Shown in pieces: positions 1 to 8,425 of a stretch of DNA of 61,378 nt. The notes beneath the pieces were generated by a model, which saw nothing but the letters and a program-made list of their open reading frames with translations, was not told the DNA's origin and did not search any database. Source of the stretch: an uncultured Anaerolineales bacterium (GTDB taxonomy: Bacteria > Chloroflexota > Anaerolineae > Anaerolineales > UBA4823). Position 1 is the stretch's first letter; the number at the start of each line of letters is the position of its first letter. Location: positions 1-61,378 of the forward strand of contig CALBUI010000075.1 in NCBI GenBank assembly GCA_937968125.1. The letters are read 5' to 3'. Position numbers and translations under genes: made by a program.

Positions 1-176
1 GTCACGATCCGTCGTTCAGATGGTAGTCCAGGTCCTGCTTCCCCATCACCAGCAGTTAGCCTGGCCAATGATTCCTTCAACGGTTTCAGAGCAGCATCAA
101 CGACATCATCACCCAGGACTGTGCGTTGTTTTTCTAAATCCTCAATCGATTTTTCAAGCTGCTCTCGCTCACCCAT
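1..176 (-). CDS. Partial CDS (N-terminus only, runs off the window): coiled-coil leader of a probable adenylate/guanylate-cyclase-type signalling protein
   Basis: Absent from the ORF track because it leaves the window. Reverse translation from the ATG at 174-176 gives MGEREQLEKSIEDLEKQRTVLGDDVVDAALKPLKESLARLTAGDGEAGPGLPSERRIVT. The terminal ERRxVT resembles the start of class III cyclase domains (ERRxVTVLFxD). Confidence 0.4.
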   Translation of the reverse strand, partial: MGEREQLEKSIEDLEKQRTVLGDDVVDAALKPLKESLARLTAGDGEAGPGLPSERRIV

Positions 177-257
177 TTTTCTTTCCCATGAATATTATTA
201 TCCCCCAGCTGACCTCTTAGAAAGTGAGTATTTGACAACCTCGGGCTCAAATAATGA

Positions 258-1838
258 TTATTCTTCTATGGTCACATAGCTGTTGACCAGTTCTTGGGCC
301 ACTGAAGATACTTCCAACCAGAATCGTTTGTTCTCCGGATCGCCTGGAACAAAAAGGTTATCGTACTTAACCCGGTCATCGCCCCTTGGAATCCGCTCAA
401 CTGCCCGGACCGCAAATTCGTGCAGCTGCCTGGCGTTAGAAAGCCTCTCGTTGAGAGCTACATAGTACAGCCCTAGTTTTTCAACGAAATTGATCTCGTG
501 TCCTAACTCCTGACCAGCCTGGGCAAACTGGCTCAGCACAATCAAGATGCGATCCCCGAAACTCATTGGTGGGATGATGAATTGATTTTCAGCCGGCACC
601 CGGCTGAGCAGGTCTTGACCTTTCGGCCGGATAGCCATGCGCTCCTTCATTCCATCCAGGCTGAAACCAGAACTGCCGGCCATAATGAAGACCAATGGCT
701 CAGATCTGGTTAAAGAAGCATCCAGGTAGGGCAGCAAGACATCATAGGGCCAGGCTTCCTGAGGTTTGGCGTCAATTTCGTCAATCAAACATAAAATGGG
801 CGTAGCGGATTCTGCAATAGTGGACAGCGAAGATTCAAATTCTTCCTGCTGGGTTTTGGCGAGGTTGATCTCGTGATATTCGTTTTGCTCTACTTGTGCT
901 GCAGCAATCTGCTGGGCAAAGAATGTTTTCCCGCTGCCAGGAGCAGCCCATATCATGTAATTCTTTCTTGATGAAGATTGATCCGCCAGGGATGAAAGTA
1001 TGCTTTGTTTGGCATCTTTCAAGTCATTGAGCACATGCTCTTCGTAGCGCGTATAATCACCAACGATGGAATAGCGGGGGAGCTTGACAATATCCATCTC
1101 TGCTATCAGCGGATACTGCCAGAAGGGGCTTTGTTTGCCGAAATGCCTCAGAGAGGATTGGTATTCCTCAAAATACTCATCCTTATGAGCCAGGTAATCC
1201 GGCTCTAGTCGCTTACGAAAAAGTGGACCACCGAAGACTTGCGCCCAATCGGAAACCGGCATGATGTAATCTTCTGCCATACGGTAGTAGAGCGACCATC
1301 GTTTGACGTGTTCTTCCGACCGGAAGATATTCATGCGACTTCAATTGAACGCCCCCGTTCCCTCCCGCCACTTCGCGAATGGCGACATTAAATAGGCGAT
1401 CGATGTGGGCGGATCGATCGCCAGTATCTCTTCATCTCGCATACGAACGGAGATAGGTTTTCCACAATCCAAACACATTGTTTCGATGTGAATTTCTTTT
1501 CCTGGGAAGAGCCAGCGCACGGCCAGCACTTCCATACCTCACTGGCCAAACCACTTTTGTTCACCGTCTATGGTAATTTTCAAATGGGTGGGAACATTAG
1601 AGAACGGCGCCCAAGACTCAATATAGTCCGTATCATGGGAGAGCCAGCAGCTGGCGATCGGCGCCGCAGCCGCGGTGTCTCGGATCAGGACCCTGGATTC
1701 GTCTATCTCAATATCGAGGGTATGAGCCAGTTCCACATAATGAGGCGCTCTTCCATGCTCAATAAAATGTTCTAACACACTCGTATATGCCTTCTGAATA
1801 AGTGTATCTTCGCTCATTTTCAAACCATCCTCAGGCAT
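258..1838 (-). CDS. MerB-like (alkylmercury lyase family) domain fused to a C-terminal AAA+ ATPase; candidate selenoprotein with two in-frame UGA codons (1539-1541 and 1341-1343), 526 aa if both are decoded
   Basis: Track ORFs 1539..1838, 1341..1535 and 258..1334 share one frame. They are separated only by TGA-GGT-ATG and TGA-AGT-CGC-ATG. WFGQ-[TGA]-GMEVLAV matches MerB YAW-C96-ALD99-TLIF. MCLDCGKP matches SSH-C117-AATGAP. AFN-[TGA]-SRMNIFRSEEHVKRW matches SF-C159-CHVHFFASVPTAEDW. The C-terminal part has Walker A AAPGSGKT and Walker B LCLIDEID. SECIS-like hairpins follow both TGAs. Confidence 0.6.
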
Positions 1839-1996
1839 CCTGGGATCTTTCCTGAATTATACAATTAAGGTCAACAATAATCAAATTTGTCCTTTGTATT
1901 TGCCTTCCCGACCGTAGTTCCAATTGAGACTAGAATTCTATAAGGTTTGTTTATGCACATTAATACTAAGTGCTCGAGGCTGTACCCTACACCTTG

Positions 1997-2422
1997 CTAC
2001 ACACCGATAACTCTCCTGAGAACTACGATTGCTCCCAGAAGAGCTCCCCAAACCGCATAGCCCACCAGCAGCAACGGTACCAGCTTCAAGCCAGCCCTGG
2101 ATGCAAACCAGGCTGCGAACAGAAACCCGATCGAAGGTATGATGCCCAATAACAAGCTGCTGCTGAATACCTTCATCGTCTCCTGGTCGCCGCTGTTTGC
2201 AGAGTAAACGATCCAAATCGCCAGCGTCGCGCCGATCGGCATCGTGGCGGTAATCGCCGCAGCAAACTTGCTCTGCTTCTCCAGAACTGCGACGAGAATG
2301 ATCACCACTATCGATAGTAGAACTGGGAGTACATCCTGTGTCTTCAATGAGCCCTCCTGATTATGTTCAGAAAATGCACCTTGATGGATTGCGAAGAAAA
2401 TCCTATGAGGATTCAAGAACAT
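1997..2422 (-). CDS. Small integral membrane protein, function unknown (true start probably internal to the listed ORF)
   Basis: Hydrophobic segments VLPVLLSIVVIILVAVL, MPIGATLAIWIVY, LLLGIIPSIGFLFAAWF and LVPLLLVGYAVWGALLGAIVVL. The 5' end overlaps the preceding gene by 20 nt. Confidence 0.5.
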   Translation of the reverse strand: MFLNPHRIFFAIHQGAFSEHNQEGSLKTQDVLPVLLSIVVIILVAVLEKQSKFAAAITATMPIGATLAIWIVYSANSGDQETMKVFSSSLLLGIIPSIGFLFAAWFASRAGLKLVPLLLVGYAVWGALLGAIVVLRRVIGV

Positions 2423-2852
2423 TCTTAAGACGCCGCATATTATTACTGAGAGTGCCCATGTAAATCCGCCTGACTATGAACTTGGGGACAAGACCCCAAA
2501 AATCACCCAGATTGGGCTTGAATAAAAAGGTCACCTTGGTGTCCCCGGATGTCCGCTCCCAAAGTGTCCCCCCTGCGGCCTGCACCGCAGCATTGGGGGT
2601 GCTGACATACATCACCTTTATCATCGGGTCGTAAACTGTGACTTCATACTCGTTGGTAAACGAGCGCCCCATGTAGCGATTATCGTACTTGCGGATGGTT
2701 CCCACCCCGTTTTGCTTCGGATCCGGAGACTGCTCCCAGCCCAGTAGATAGGGCTGCCACTCATGTTCCCGTTCTATATCATCCATGTAAGTGAAAACTT
2801 CTTCCCGCGGCTTGTTGATGACGATACTGTCTTCCAGATCCAGGACAAACAT
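2403..2852 (-). CDS. SRPBCC (START/polyketide-cyclase-like) family protein
   Basis: About 150 aa. The N-terminal pattern SIVINKPREEVFTYMDDIEREHEWQP is typical of the SRPBCC fold family. Confidence 0.6.
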   Translation of the reverse strand: MFVLDLEDSIVINKPREEVFTYMDDIEREHEWQPYLLGWEQSPDPKQNGVGTIRKYDNRYMGRSFTNEYEVTVYDPMIKVMYVSTPNAAVQAAGGTLWERTSGDTKVTFLFKPNLGDFWGLVPKFIVRRIYMGTLSNNMRRLKNVLESS

Positions 2853-2881
2853 TGCAGAAACTCCTTCTTGTCCAAACCAAG

Positions 2882-3598
2882 CTATGAGGAAGGGCTATAT
2901 CCCTGGCGCGCCTCAACCGGGGCGCGGGAAATCACCAGCCACACAACAACCAGGCCCACTACGATTCCCAACAAGGTGAGGTACAGCGTTTGGTTGAGCG
3001 CAAATCCAACCCCAAACCCAGTGGCGACACAGGCTGTCATCCAGCCCGCAGCCTGCAGACGGGGTCGCCTCCAGATTTCAAATTCAGTCATATGTGCTTC
3101 AGAACCAGGCAATCGCTCAGCACGGCGACTGGCGACCAGAAAGCCGATCAAAAGGGCGGGACGGACCAGATTAGCAAAATTCTGCACTGTGTTCCCGGGA
3201 GCCAGATTCCCCGTTGCGGCGATGTCCATCAAGTGTACGATGGTCGCTCCAACGCCGAACACCGTCACTGCGATGACCGTCGCCTCCCGAAAGCCATCCC
3301 TGCGCCCAGCCGCGATGAGGCCCAATATCCCTAGCATGAGGTTGGCGAATGCCACCTCCAGCTGGAAAGGGTTCCCGGCAGGCCAACCGATGAATTCGGC
3401 CACAATATCGGAGATGAAGAAGTGGCTGATAAATCCCGCGATCCCACTGCCGGCAACCCCCAACGAAAATATATAAATTAAGAACAGTTCCAGCCTGCGC
3501 TCCCGTGTGTTGGTCGACTTATCCAAAACAATTTGTGCTCCGGCCACCAAAAGCGGCAGGATTGAATAGATGAAGATACGGATAATTGCAAGGATCAT
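2882..3598 (-). CDS. Integral membrane protein, function unknown
   Basis: 238-aa ORF with about 6-7 hydrophobic helices and no recognisable catalytic motif. Confidence 0.55.
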   Translation of the reverse strand: MILAIIRIFIYSILPLLVAGAQIVLDKSTNTRERRLELFLIYIFSLGVAGSGIAGFISHFFISDIVAEFIGWPAGNPFQLEVAFANLMLGILGLIAAGRRDGFREATVIAVTVFGVGATIVHLMDIAATGNLAPGNTVQNFANLVRPALLIGFLVASRRAERLPGSEAHMTEFEIWRRPRLQAAGWMTACVATGFGVGFALNQTLYLTLLGIVVGLVVVWLVISRAPVEARQGYSPSS

Positions 3599-3693
3599 AC
3601 TATGTTTGTCCTCTGCGGCTCAAGCTTGAGATCATAAAAATTGATAGATTCCATACATTATATATCCAAAATATCGCTTACCTTCGGTTTGGC

Positions 3694-3921
3694 CTGGAAT
3701 TGGCTGAGAACATTTGGGAGATGCTCGCTGATTGGAATGGAGATTATCTACCAGAAGATCAGGTCAATCCTACCGGTCCTGGCACCGGTGGCAGGAAAGT
3801 AGCTCGCGGGGGATCGTGGCATGCCAGCCCGGACCATGTGCGCAGCGCACTACGCACCCACCTTGGCATTGACCAGCAGTTCAACCATGCTGGCTTCTGC
3901 TGCGTAAAATCAATCCCTTAA
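3694..3921 (+). pseudogene. C-terminal remnant of a formylglycine-generating-enzyme/SUMF1-type (FGE-sulfatase) domain
   Basis: AENIWEMLADWNGDY...NPTGPGTGGRKVARGGSWHASPDHVRSALR...HAGFCCV matches the conserved C-terminal about 75 aa of FGE-sulfatase domains (NVWEW..DWY...NP.GP..G..RV.RGGSW....R.A.R.....GFR). There is no room upstream for the rest of the roughly 250-aa domain. Confidence 0.55.
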
Positions 3922-3973
3922 TTGAAGTATTCTGGATAGTTAATAAATTCGCCCCCAACTTGATGATCTTTCC

Positions 3974-4402
3974 TTAACCGGCTCCTCCAGGCAGCGGGCT
4001 GATGATCAGGATATTTGTACCAAAAGGATCTGCTACCGGGCAGAAGCGGATAGGTTCGTACATCAGCTGGTCGCTGGGCGGCTCACCCACTCCTCCCGCC
4101 TCGATAAACGCCGCTTGCAGCCGGTCAGCCTCTTGTGGAGTCTGCATGATGATGTTCATCTCCACATTCTTTGGGTTTCCGGTTTTTCCTTTAAGCAGTG
4201 TCAACCAGGTGTTCCCAAGTCGCCAGCCGCGAGTACCCTGTCCTTCGACATAGCCTGGAGGACCCAAAACCCGGGTGTAATAATCAACTGCGGCTTCATA
4301 ATCTCTGAAATAGAGGGTCGTTCCGTGCAGCCCGCGGAACTCGAACAAGGATTCTGGGGCAGGATCTGCGAAAAATTTTTGGCGATAACTTTCGTAATCC
4401 AT
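3974..4402 (-). CDS. VOC (glyoxalase/bleomycin-resistance/dioxygenase) family protein
   Basis: Beta-alpha-beta-beta-beta module pattern (LHGTTLYFRDYEAAVDYYTRVLG ... PVADPFGTNILII). I chose the start at the ATG at 4402 because AAAGGAGAG lies about 8 nt upstream. Confidence 0.6.
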   Translation of the reverse strand: MDYESYRQKFFADPAPESLFEFRGLHGTTLYFRDYEAAVDYYTRVLGPPGYVEGQGTRGWRLGNTWLTLLKGKTGNPKNVEMNIIMQTPQEADRLQAAFIEAGGVGEPPSDQLMYEPIRFCPVADPFGTNILIISPLPGGAG

Positions 4403-4485
4403 CAAATGGCTCTCCTTTGTTTCATGCCGGTTGATTGTTGAACTGCCAGCCGACAAAAACCAAATTATCGGTACCCCTCAGGTGA

Positions 4486-5220
4486 TTATTCTTTCTCCAT
4501 ATTCTCACTAACCAGAGCCAGGTAGCCTGGCTCATCCCGGATGTTGTCCAAATCCGAATCCGACTTAGACCACTCAATCATGTCTGGACTAAGTGGAAAA
4601 GCCTCTTCTAATTTCTTAATCGCCACCTCTTTATCCCCGATCAATGAGTAGTAGCAGGCCAGGTTGTATAGCGCGCGTCCACGCCAAACTGATTGCTCAT
4701 CCAAATCAATCAAGGTGGCAGTTATTTCCTCCATCAGCTGGTTGCCGCTTTCCTTATCCCCGTGGTGGCTGAAATAAAAGGCGATATGCCCTTGTGGGTG
4801 AAAATACCCGTTATGCACAGTTCGCCTCCACAACGAGAGTCCTTTCATCCAACCATATCGCTGGCCGTCCAGAAGATCATCTTCAGATATTGAATGTACA
4901 TCTTCGACGAGTTCTGAATAGGCACGCACATGGAAATCAATTATTTCCCGCCAAGTTTTTTCCCTATAGCGGTGAAAAATCTCGTCATTTACGGCATCCA
5001 CATCTTCGTAGTTTGCTGGCTCCTCTCCTGACTTGAAGGAGCGAATCCTTTCGCTCGAGATTGATTTCCAGGCGGCTATGTGCACGATTTCATCTTTTAC
5101 TGCCCAGTCCTGCGCGGTCCCTTCTATGGACCTTTCTTCCTCGCTGAGACTGGCTACGAAGGTCAATTCATTGTGGTGTGATTTTTCTAGTAAATCCAGG
5201 AGCTGTTTTTTCTTTTCCAC
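4486..5220 (-). CDS. DinB/ClbS-like four-helix-bundle protein with a TPR-like C-terminal tail
   Basis: The N-terminal 150 aa have the helical-bundle pattern with spaced His residues (VHIAAW ... FHVRAY ... HNGYFHPQGH). The C-terminus ALYNLACYYSLIGDKEVAIKKLEEA is TPR-like. Confidence 0.45.
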   Translation of the reverse strand: MEKKKQLLDLLEKSHHNELTFVASLSEEERSIEGTAQDWAVKDEIVHIAAWKSISSERIRSFKSGEEPANYEDVDAVNDEIFHRYREKTWREIIDFHVRAYSELVEDVHSISEDDLLDGQRYGWMKGLSLWRRTVHNGYFHPQGHIAFYFSHHGDKESGNQLMEEITATLIDLDEQSVWRGRALYNLACYYSLIGDKEVAIKKLEEAFPLSPDMIEWSKSDSDLDNIRDEPGYLALVSENMEKE

Positions 5221-5406
5221 CGCTTTTCCTCCACTTGGTTCTTTACCATCATATGCGTGGCTTATATTTCGATAGAATTAGTCGCAATTGTGAGAATACC
5301 TGAAAACAGTTCTCAAGTCAATGGGATATCGCTCTTGCCGCAGTCCTCAATAGCAATGCCTGCGACAAACGCAATCAAGTGATAGCGAATAAAGCAGTAG
5401 AACTTT

Positions 5407-6120
5407 TCAAATTACCCTTTTAGCCAAAGGTAGGACGTCCACCAAATTCGGCGTGATCAACGTCTCACCGCCCTTTTTGAACAACATACGGCAGTGGTCG
5501 CAGCCCATGCCGATCGTTTCGCTGGCATCCAGACCTATCCCCAGGTAGTGGCTGTAGGTGACATCGCCAAAATTGCAGTATGGAGCCAATTCCATTACCC
5601 CCATCGCATCGTAGAACTTTATCACCGCACATTCGGAAAATTCAAAACCTGCGTCAAATTTATCTCCATCACCCTCTAATAGTACATACACCCAGTCTTC
5701 GGGATATTGTCGTTCCTGGGAGATATCTGCCTGCTTTCCAAATGCCTTCATCGTCCGCTGGCTCACGAGCATCCGTCCCCCCAGCCGGGCTACCGGGCCG
5801 GGTATTTTACGGAAGAGGTCATCAGCCACCTCCGCCCAAATGCTCATCACATCCTTAGCTGTTTTGCCGGTTTCCTTCATCGCCCTGAACATCGCAATAA
5901 TGAAGCCATTCACCACAATAATCGGTGTGTAGTAGTTCTTCATCCCACCCACATAGGGCATTTGCGGGATGATCTCGATAAAATTTTGGCGGGATTCAGA
6001 TACGATGCTCCTCGCGTATTCTGCCCCATAATAACTCAACAATTTCCTCCTGATCGGGCGGAAGGTGAGGTCAAAAAGCTTCAACAAACGATTTTGTCTG
6101 GAGAGATAATAATCTTCCAT
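5407..6120 (-). CDS. L-2-amino-thiazoline-4-carboxylic acid hydrolase-like family protein
   Basis: About 237 aa with the C-terminal Cys pattern FSECAV...APYCNFGD...GMGCDHCRMLF. I recall this pattern from the family; the assignment is tentative. Confidence 0.4.
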   Translation of the reverse strand: MEDYYLSRQNRLLKLFDLTFRPIRRKLLSYYGAEYARSIVSESRQNFIEIIPQMPYVGGMKNYYTPIIVVNGFIIAMFRAMKETGKTAKDVMSIWAEVADDLFRKIPGPVARLGGRMLVSQRTMKAFGKQADISQERQYPEDWVYVLLEGDGDKFDAGFEFSECAVIKFYDAMGVMELAPYCNFGDVTYSHYLGIGLDASETIGMGCDHCRMLFKKGGETLITPNLVDVLPLAKRVI

Positions 6121-6183
6121 TTTTTCTAACCCTCAACTTTCCTTTTGGTATCCCTATCTGGTCAACCCAAATCCACAATCGCA

Positions 6184-7050
6184 TCAACTGGCGAGGACAG
6201 CCTTGATTTCCTCGGAGCGCTGGTCAATTTCCCGCGCGGTCTCACTCAACATGTCATCATAAATATTGCCAGCACCTATCAGCATCCCCTCTGCCTCTGC
6301 CAGGGCTGCGTAAATCAACCGCAGCAACCGTTGTGATTCGCTTGGTACAAGTCCCAGTTGGTGAAGCGTCTTTTCGACTTGGATTGTATGCTGCCTCATG
6401 TGCGACTCGAAGCGGTGCATGCGAAAGCGCAATACCATCGGTTCATCTTCCCAATACTTGGCCGGCAGATCCAATTCAGAGGATTCAACACTGGCAATAT
6501 CGGTTAATACCCTCTCATGTAGATCGCAATGGAAGGATTCTAGTCCGGCTATTGGTCCAGTAATCATATCGTCAATCTCACTATCGCTCATCCCGGCAAT
6601 ACCCAACCAGGTATCATCATCAATTTCAACCAGTTGATCCAATCCCTGGCGGTATCGATCCAGTGAAAACTTGATCACCACATAGAAGCCCAAATCAGCT
6701 CCCACGATATGGGCGATAATCCTGCGCAGGGGCCACTCCCCTTCAGCCGGTGGTTTTTCCTCGTATTCACTACCCACTCCCAAAAGGACAGATTGCAGGT
6801 CATTGTATGCCGCGTGGTATTGAGCCAGGATCCTCTGGGCTTCTGACAGCGGCGTTCCCGCAGCGACGCGCGCCTGGTTGAGTTTCACCGCCAGCTCGCG
6901 CAGCTGCTCAAGGGTGCGGAAGTAGGCAAAGCGGACACCTTCGGATTCATAGGAACCCCAGACCCATTCTCTCTCCAGATCAGAGTCTGTGATCCCTTGG
7001 ACGAGTTCAGCAAAGCGGTAAACTGATTTGGATACGGAATTGTCAAGCAA
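6184..7050 (-). CDS. DinB family protein
   Basis: Helical-bundle His motifs (IIAHIVGADLGF ... MHRFESHMRQHTIQVEKTL) typical of the DinB/YfiT-like metal-binding bundle. Confidence 0.55.
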   Translation of the reverse strand: MLDNSVSKSVYRFAELVQGITDSDLEREWVWGSYESEGVRFAYFRTLEQLRELAVKLNQARVAAGTPLSEAQRILAQYHAAYNDLQSVLLGVGSEYEEKPPAEGEWPLRRIIAHIVGADLGFYVVIKFSLDRYRQGLDQLVEIDDDTWLGIAGMSDSEIDDMITGPIAGLESFHCDLHERVLTDIASVESSELDLPAKYWEDEPMVLRFRMHRFESHMRQHTIQVEKTLHQLGLVPSESQRLLRLIYAALAEAEGMLIGAGNIYDDMLSETAREIDQRSEEIKAVLAS

Positions 7051-7106
7051 AAGTTCACCTCCAACAGGTACCAGTAAATTAAATCTCTATTCTTTCCCCG
7101 ATCTTA

Positions 7107-7898
7107 TCACGCTGAAGATAAATTCTTCTCGAAGCTGTAAATGTCATGCGAACTGAAGACATTCACTTCGTCACCATGTTCTTGAATCAATTGGCGTAGT
7201 TTTGGAACATGCGGTCCGCAGAACCTGTGGGACAATCCTCCAGGTAAAAAGTTCAATGACTGCTGCGCCTCAGGATATCCGTGAATATCCACTTCTTTGT
7301 GGAATGGAGAGGCAGCATCACCACAGTTGAAAATCCACCCCTGATCGCTGGCAACTGCTACTCCGCAGTGACCACGCGTGTGACCCGGGAGAGGTATCAG
7401 GTGCATCTGCGGTGAAATCCCCTCCAGGATATCAATGCGCGGGAAACCCAACCACTTACCATCTACCTGGTCGTAGAATACCCACTTTGGATCATGCGTC
7501 CAATGAGCAGAATCGCAGCCTCGTTCAAGCAGAGTACGCGGCTGGGTAGCTGAATCGAGTTCACCTTTGAAAAGGTGGACATTTGCCTGGGAAAAATCAC
7601 GCAATCCACCGGCATGGTCCAGGTGCAAATGGGTGAGTACAATATGCTTCAAGTCTTGCGGGTCATAACCCAATGATTTCACCTGATAAACCGCCGTCTC
7701 TTCGACCTTGCGCGGGACTCCCATCAGCCGCATAAACCCATCCATCATCGGCGAGGGTTTTTTATAATCCTGGAGACCGAACCCGGTATCGACCAGCACC
7801 GGTCCATCATCCGTCTCTACCAACAAACAGTAGACAATACTGCGCAAGCGGGGGTATTTTGGGGATAATGTCCCGCAGTTCAAATGATGTATCTTCAC
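7107..7898 (-). CDS. MBL-fold metallo-hydrolase
   Basis: Canonical HxHxDH motif in LTHLHLDHAGG, plus downstream PGHTRGH and a conserved Asp/His. Confidence 0.8.
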   Translation of the reverse strand: MKIHHLNCGTLSPKYPRLRSIVYCLLVETDDGPVLVDTGFGLQDYKKPSPMMDGFMRLMGVPRKVEETAVYQVKSLGYDPQDLKHIVLTHLHLDHAGGLRDFSQANVHLFKGELDSATQPRTLLERGCDSAHWTHDPKWVFYDQVDGKWLGFPRIDILEGISPQMHLIPLPGHTRGHCGVAVASDQGWIFNCGDAASPFHKEVDIHGYPEAQQSLNFLPGGLSHRFCGPHVPKLRQLIQEHGDEVNVFSSHDIYSFEKNLSSA

Positions 7899-7954
7899 TT
7901 TTTTGTCGCCTCTTTAAGGTCGCAACTTTGATTGATCAGAGATAAGGCAATTCA

Positions 7955-8392
7955 CTAAGGACCTGGATTAGCCCCACGCTGGGATATTCCAAACAGGTTG
8001 CCATCCGGATCATACAATGCGGCCAGTATAGCCCCCCAGGGCTTTTTCGTTGGCGGGTATTCCACTCTCGCCTCCAGCTCCTTAAACCTTGCAAAGGTGG
8101 CCTCGACCTCCTCCACCTCAAACCAGAGAGAAACCTCTCCAGAAGGAGCAGGCACATCCTCAACCAGGTCAAAACCGAACAATCCACATATCTCTTCTTT
8201 TTGAATAACCGCGATAAATGCGTAGCCCTCCGGGGGTTGGCTGGCCTTGAAGTCCTCAGCAATTTCCTCCCGTGACTCCCCGAAGTAGCTGATCTTGTGC
8301 TCCGGAATCTTGTTTAATCGCATGATGAAATGGATTCCCTGCTCAAGATTTGAATCTCCAGGCGGGAAAATCTTCAGATCAGGTCTCTTCAT
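7955..8392 (-). CDS. VOC-like domain protein (C-terminal half); N-terminal half unassigned
   Basis: The C-terminal VSLWFEVEEVEATFARFKELEARVEYPPTKKPWGAILAALYDPDGNLFGI is a typical VOC module. Confidence 0.4.
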   Translation of the reverse strand: MKRPDLKIFPPGDSNLEQGIHFIMRLNKIPEHKISYFGESREEIAEDFKASQPPEGYAFIAVIQKEEICGLFGFDLVEDVPAPSGEVSLWFEVEEVEATFARFKELEARVEYPPTKKPWGAILAALYDPDGNLFGISQRGANPGP

Positions 8393-8425
8393 GCTGTTTG
8401 ATTTTGGAAATTTTGTGTTTTAAGT

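Noticed and set aside
258-1838. Alternative readings of the split MerB-like/AAA locus: a decaying pseudogene, three independent small genes, or genome-wide TGA reassignment (genetic code 4 or 25).
   Set aside because: Reassignment is rejected because TGA ends well-conserved genes at their expected C-termini (holA 28411-28413, livG 46767-46769, BchI-like 39906-39908, OadG-like 54377-54379). Simple decay is unlikely: the only two lesions in 1.58 kb fall on the two catalytic Cys columns, and each is followed by a GU-loop hairpin. Independent genes are unlikely because the middle and last pieces begin mid-domain. Even so, only a genome-wide check for Sec machinery can settle this.
2763-3476. A 237-aa plus-strand ORF, and other nested ORFs, lie antisense to the membrane-protein gene at 2882..3598. 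Similar cases are 24822..25457, 25237..25773, 48620..49339, 57574..58266 and 60912..61202.
   Set aside because: Each is fully embedded antisense in a gene with clear family motifs and has an Arg/Ser/Pro-rich composition typical of GC-rich antisense frames.
7936-8262. A 108-aa ORF overlaps the VOC-like gene 7955..8392 in another frame.
   Set aside because: It has an Arg/Leu-rich shadow-frame composition, whereas the 145-aa frame carries the VOC module.
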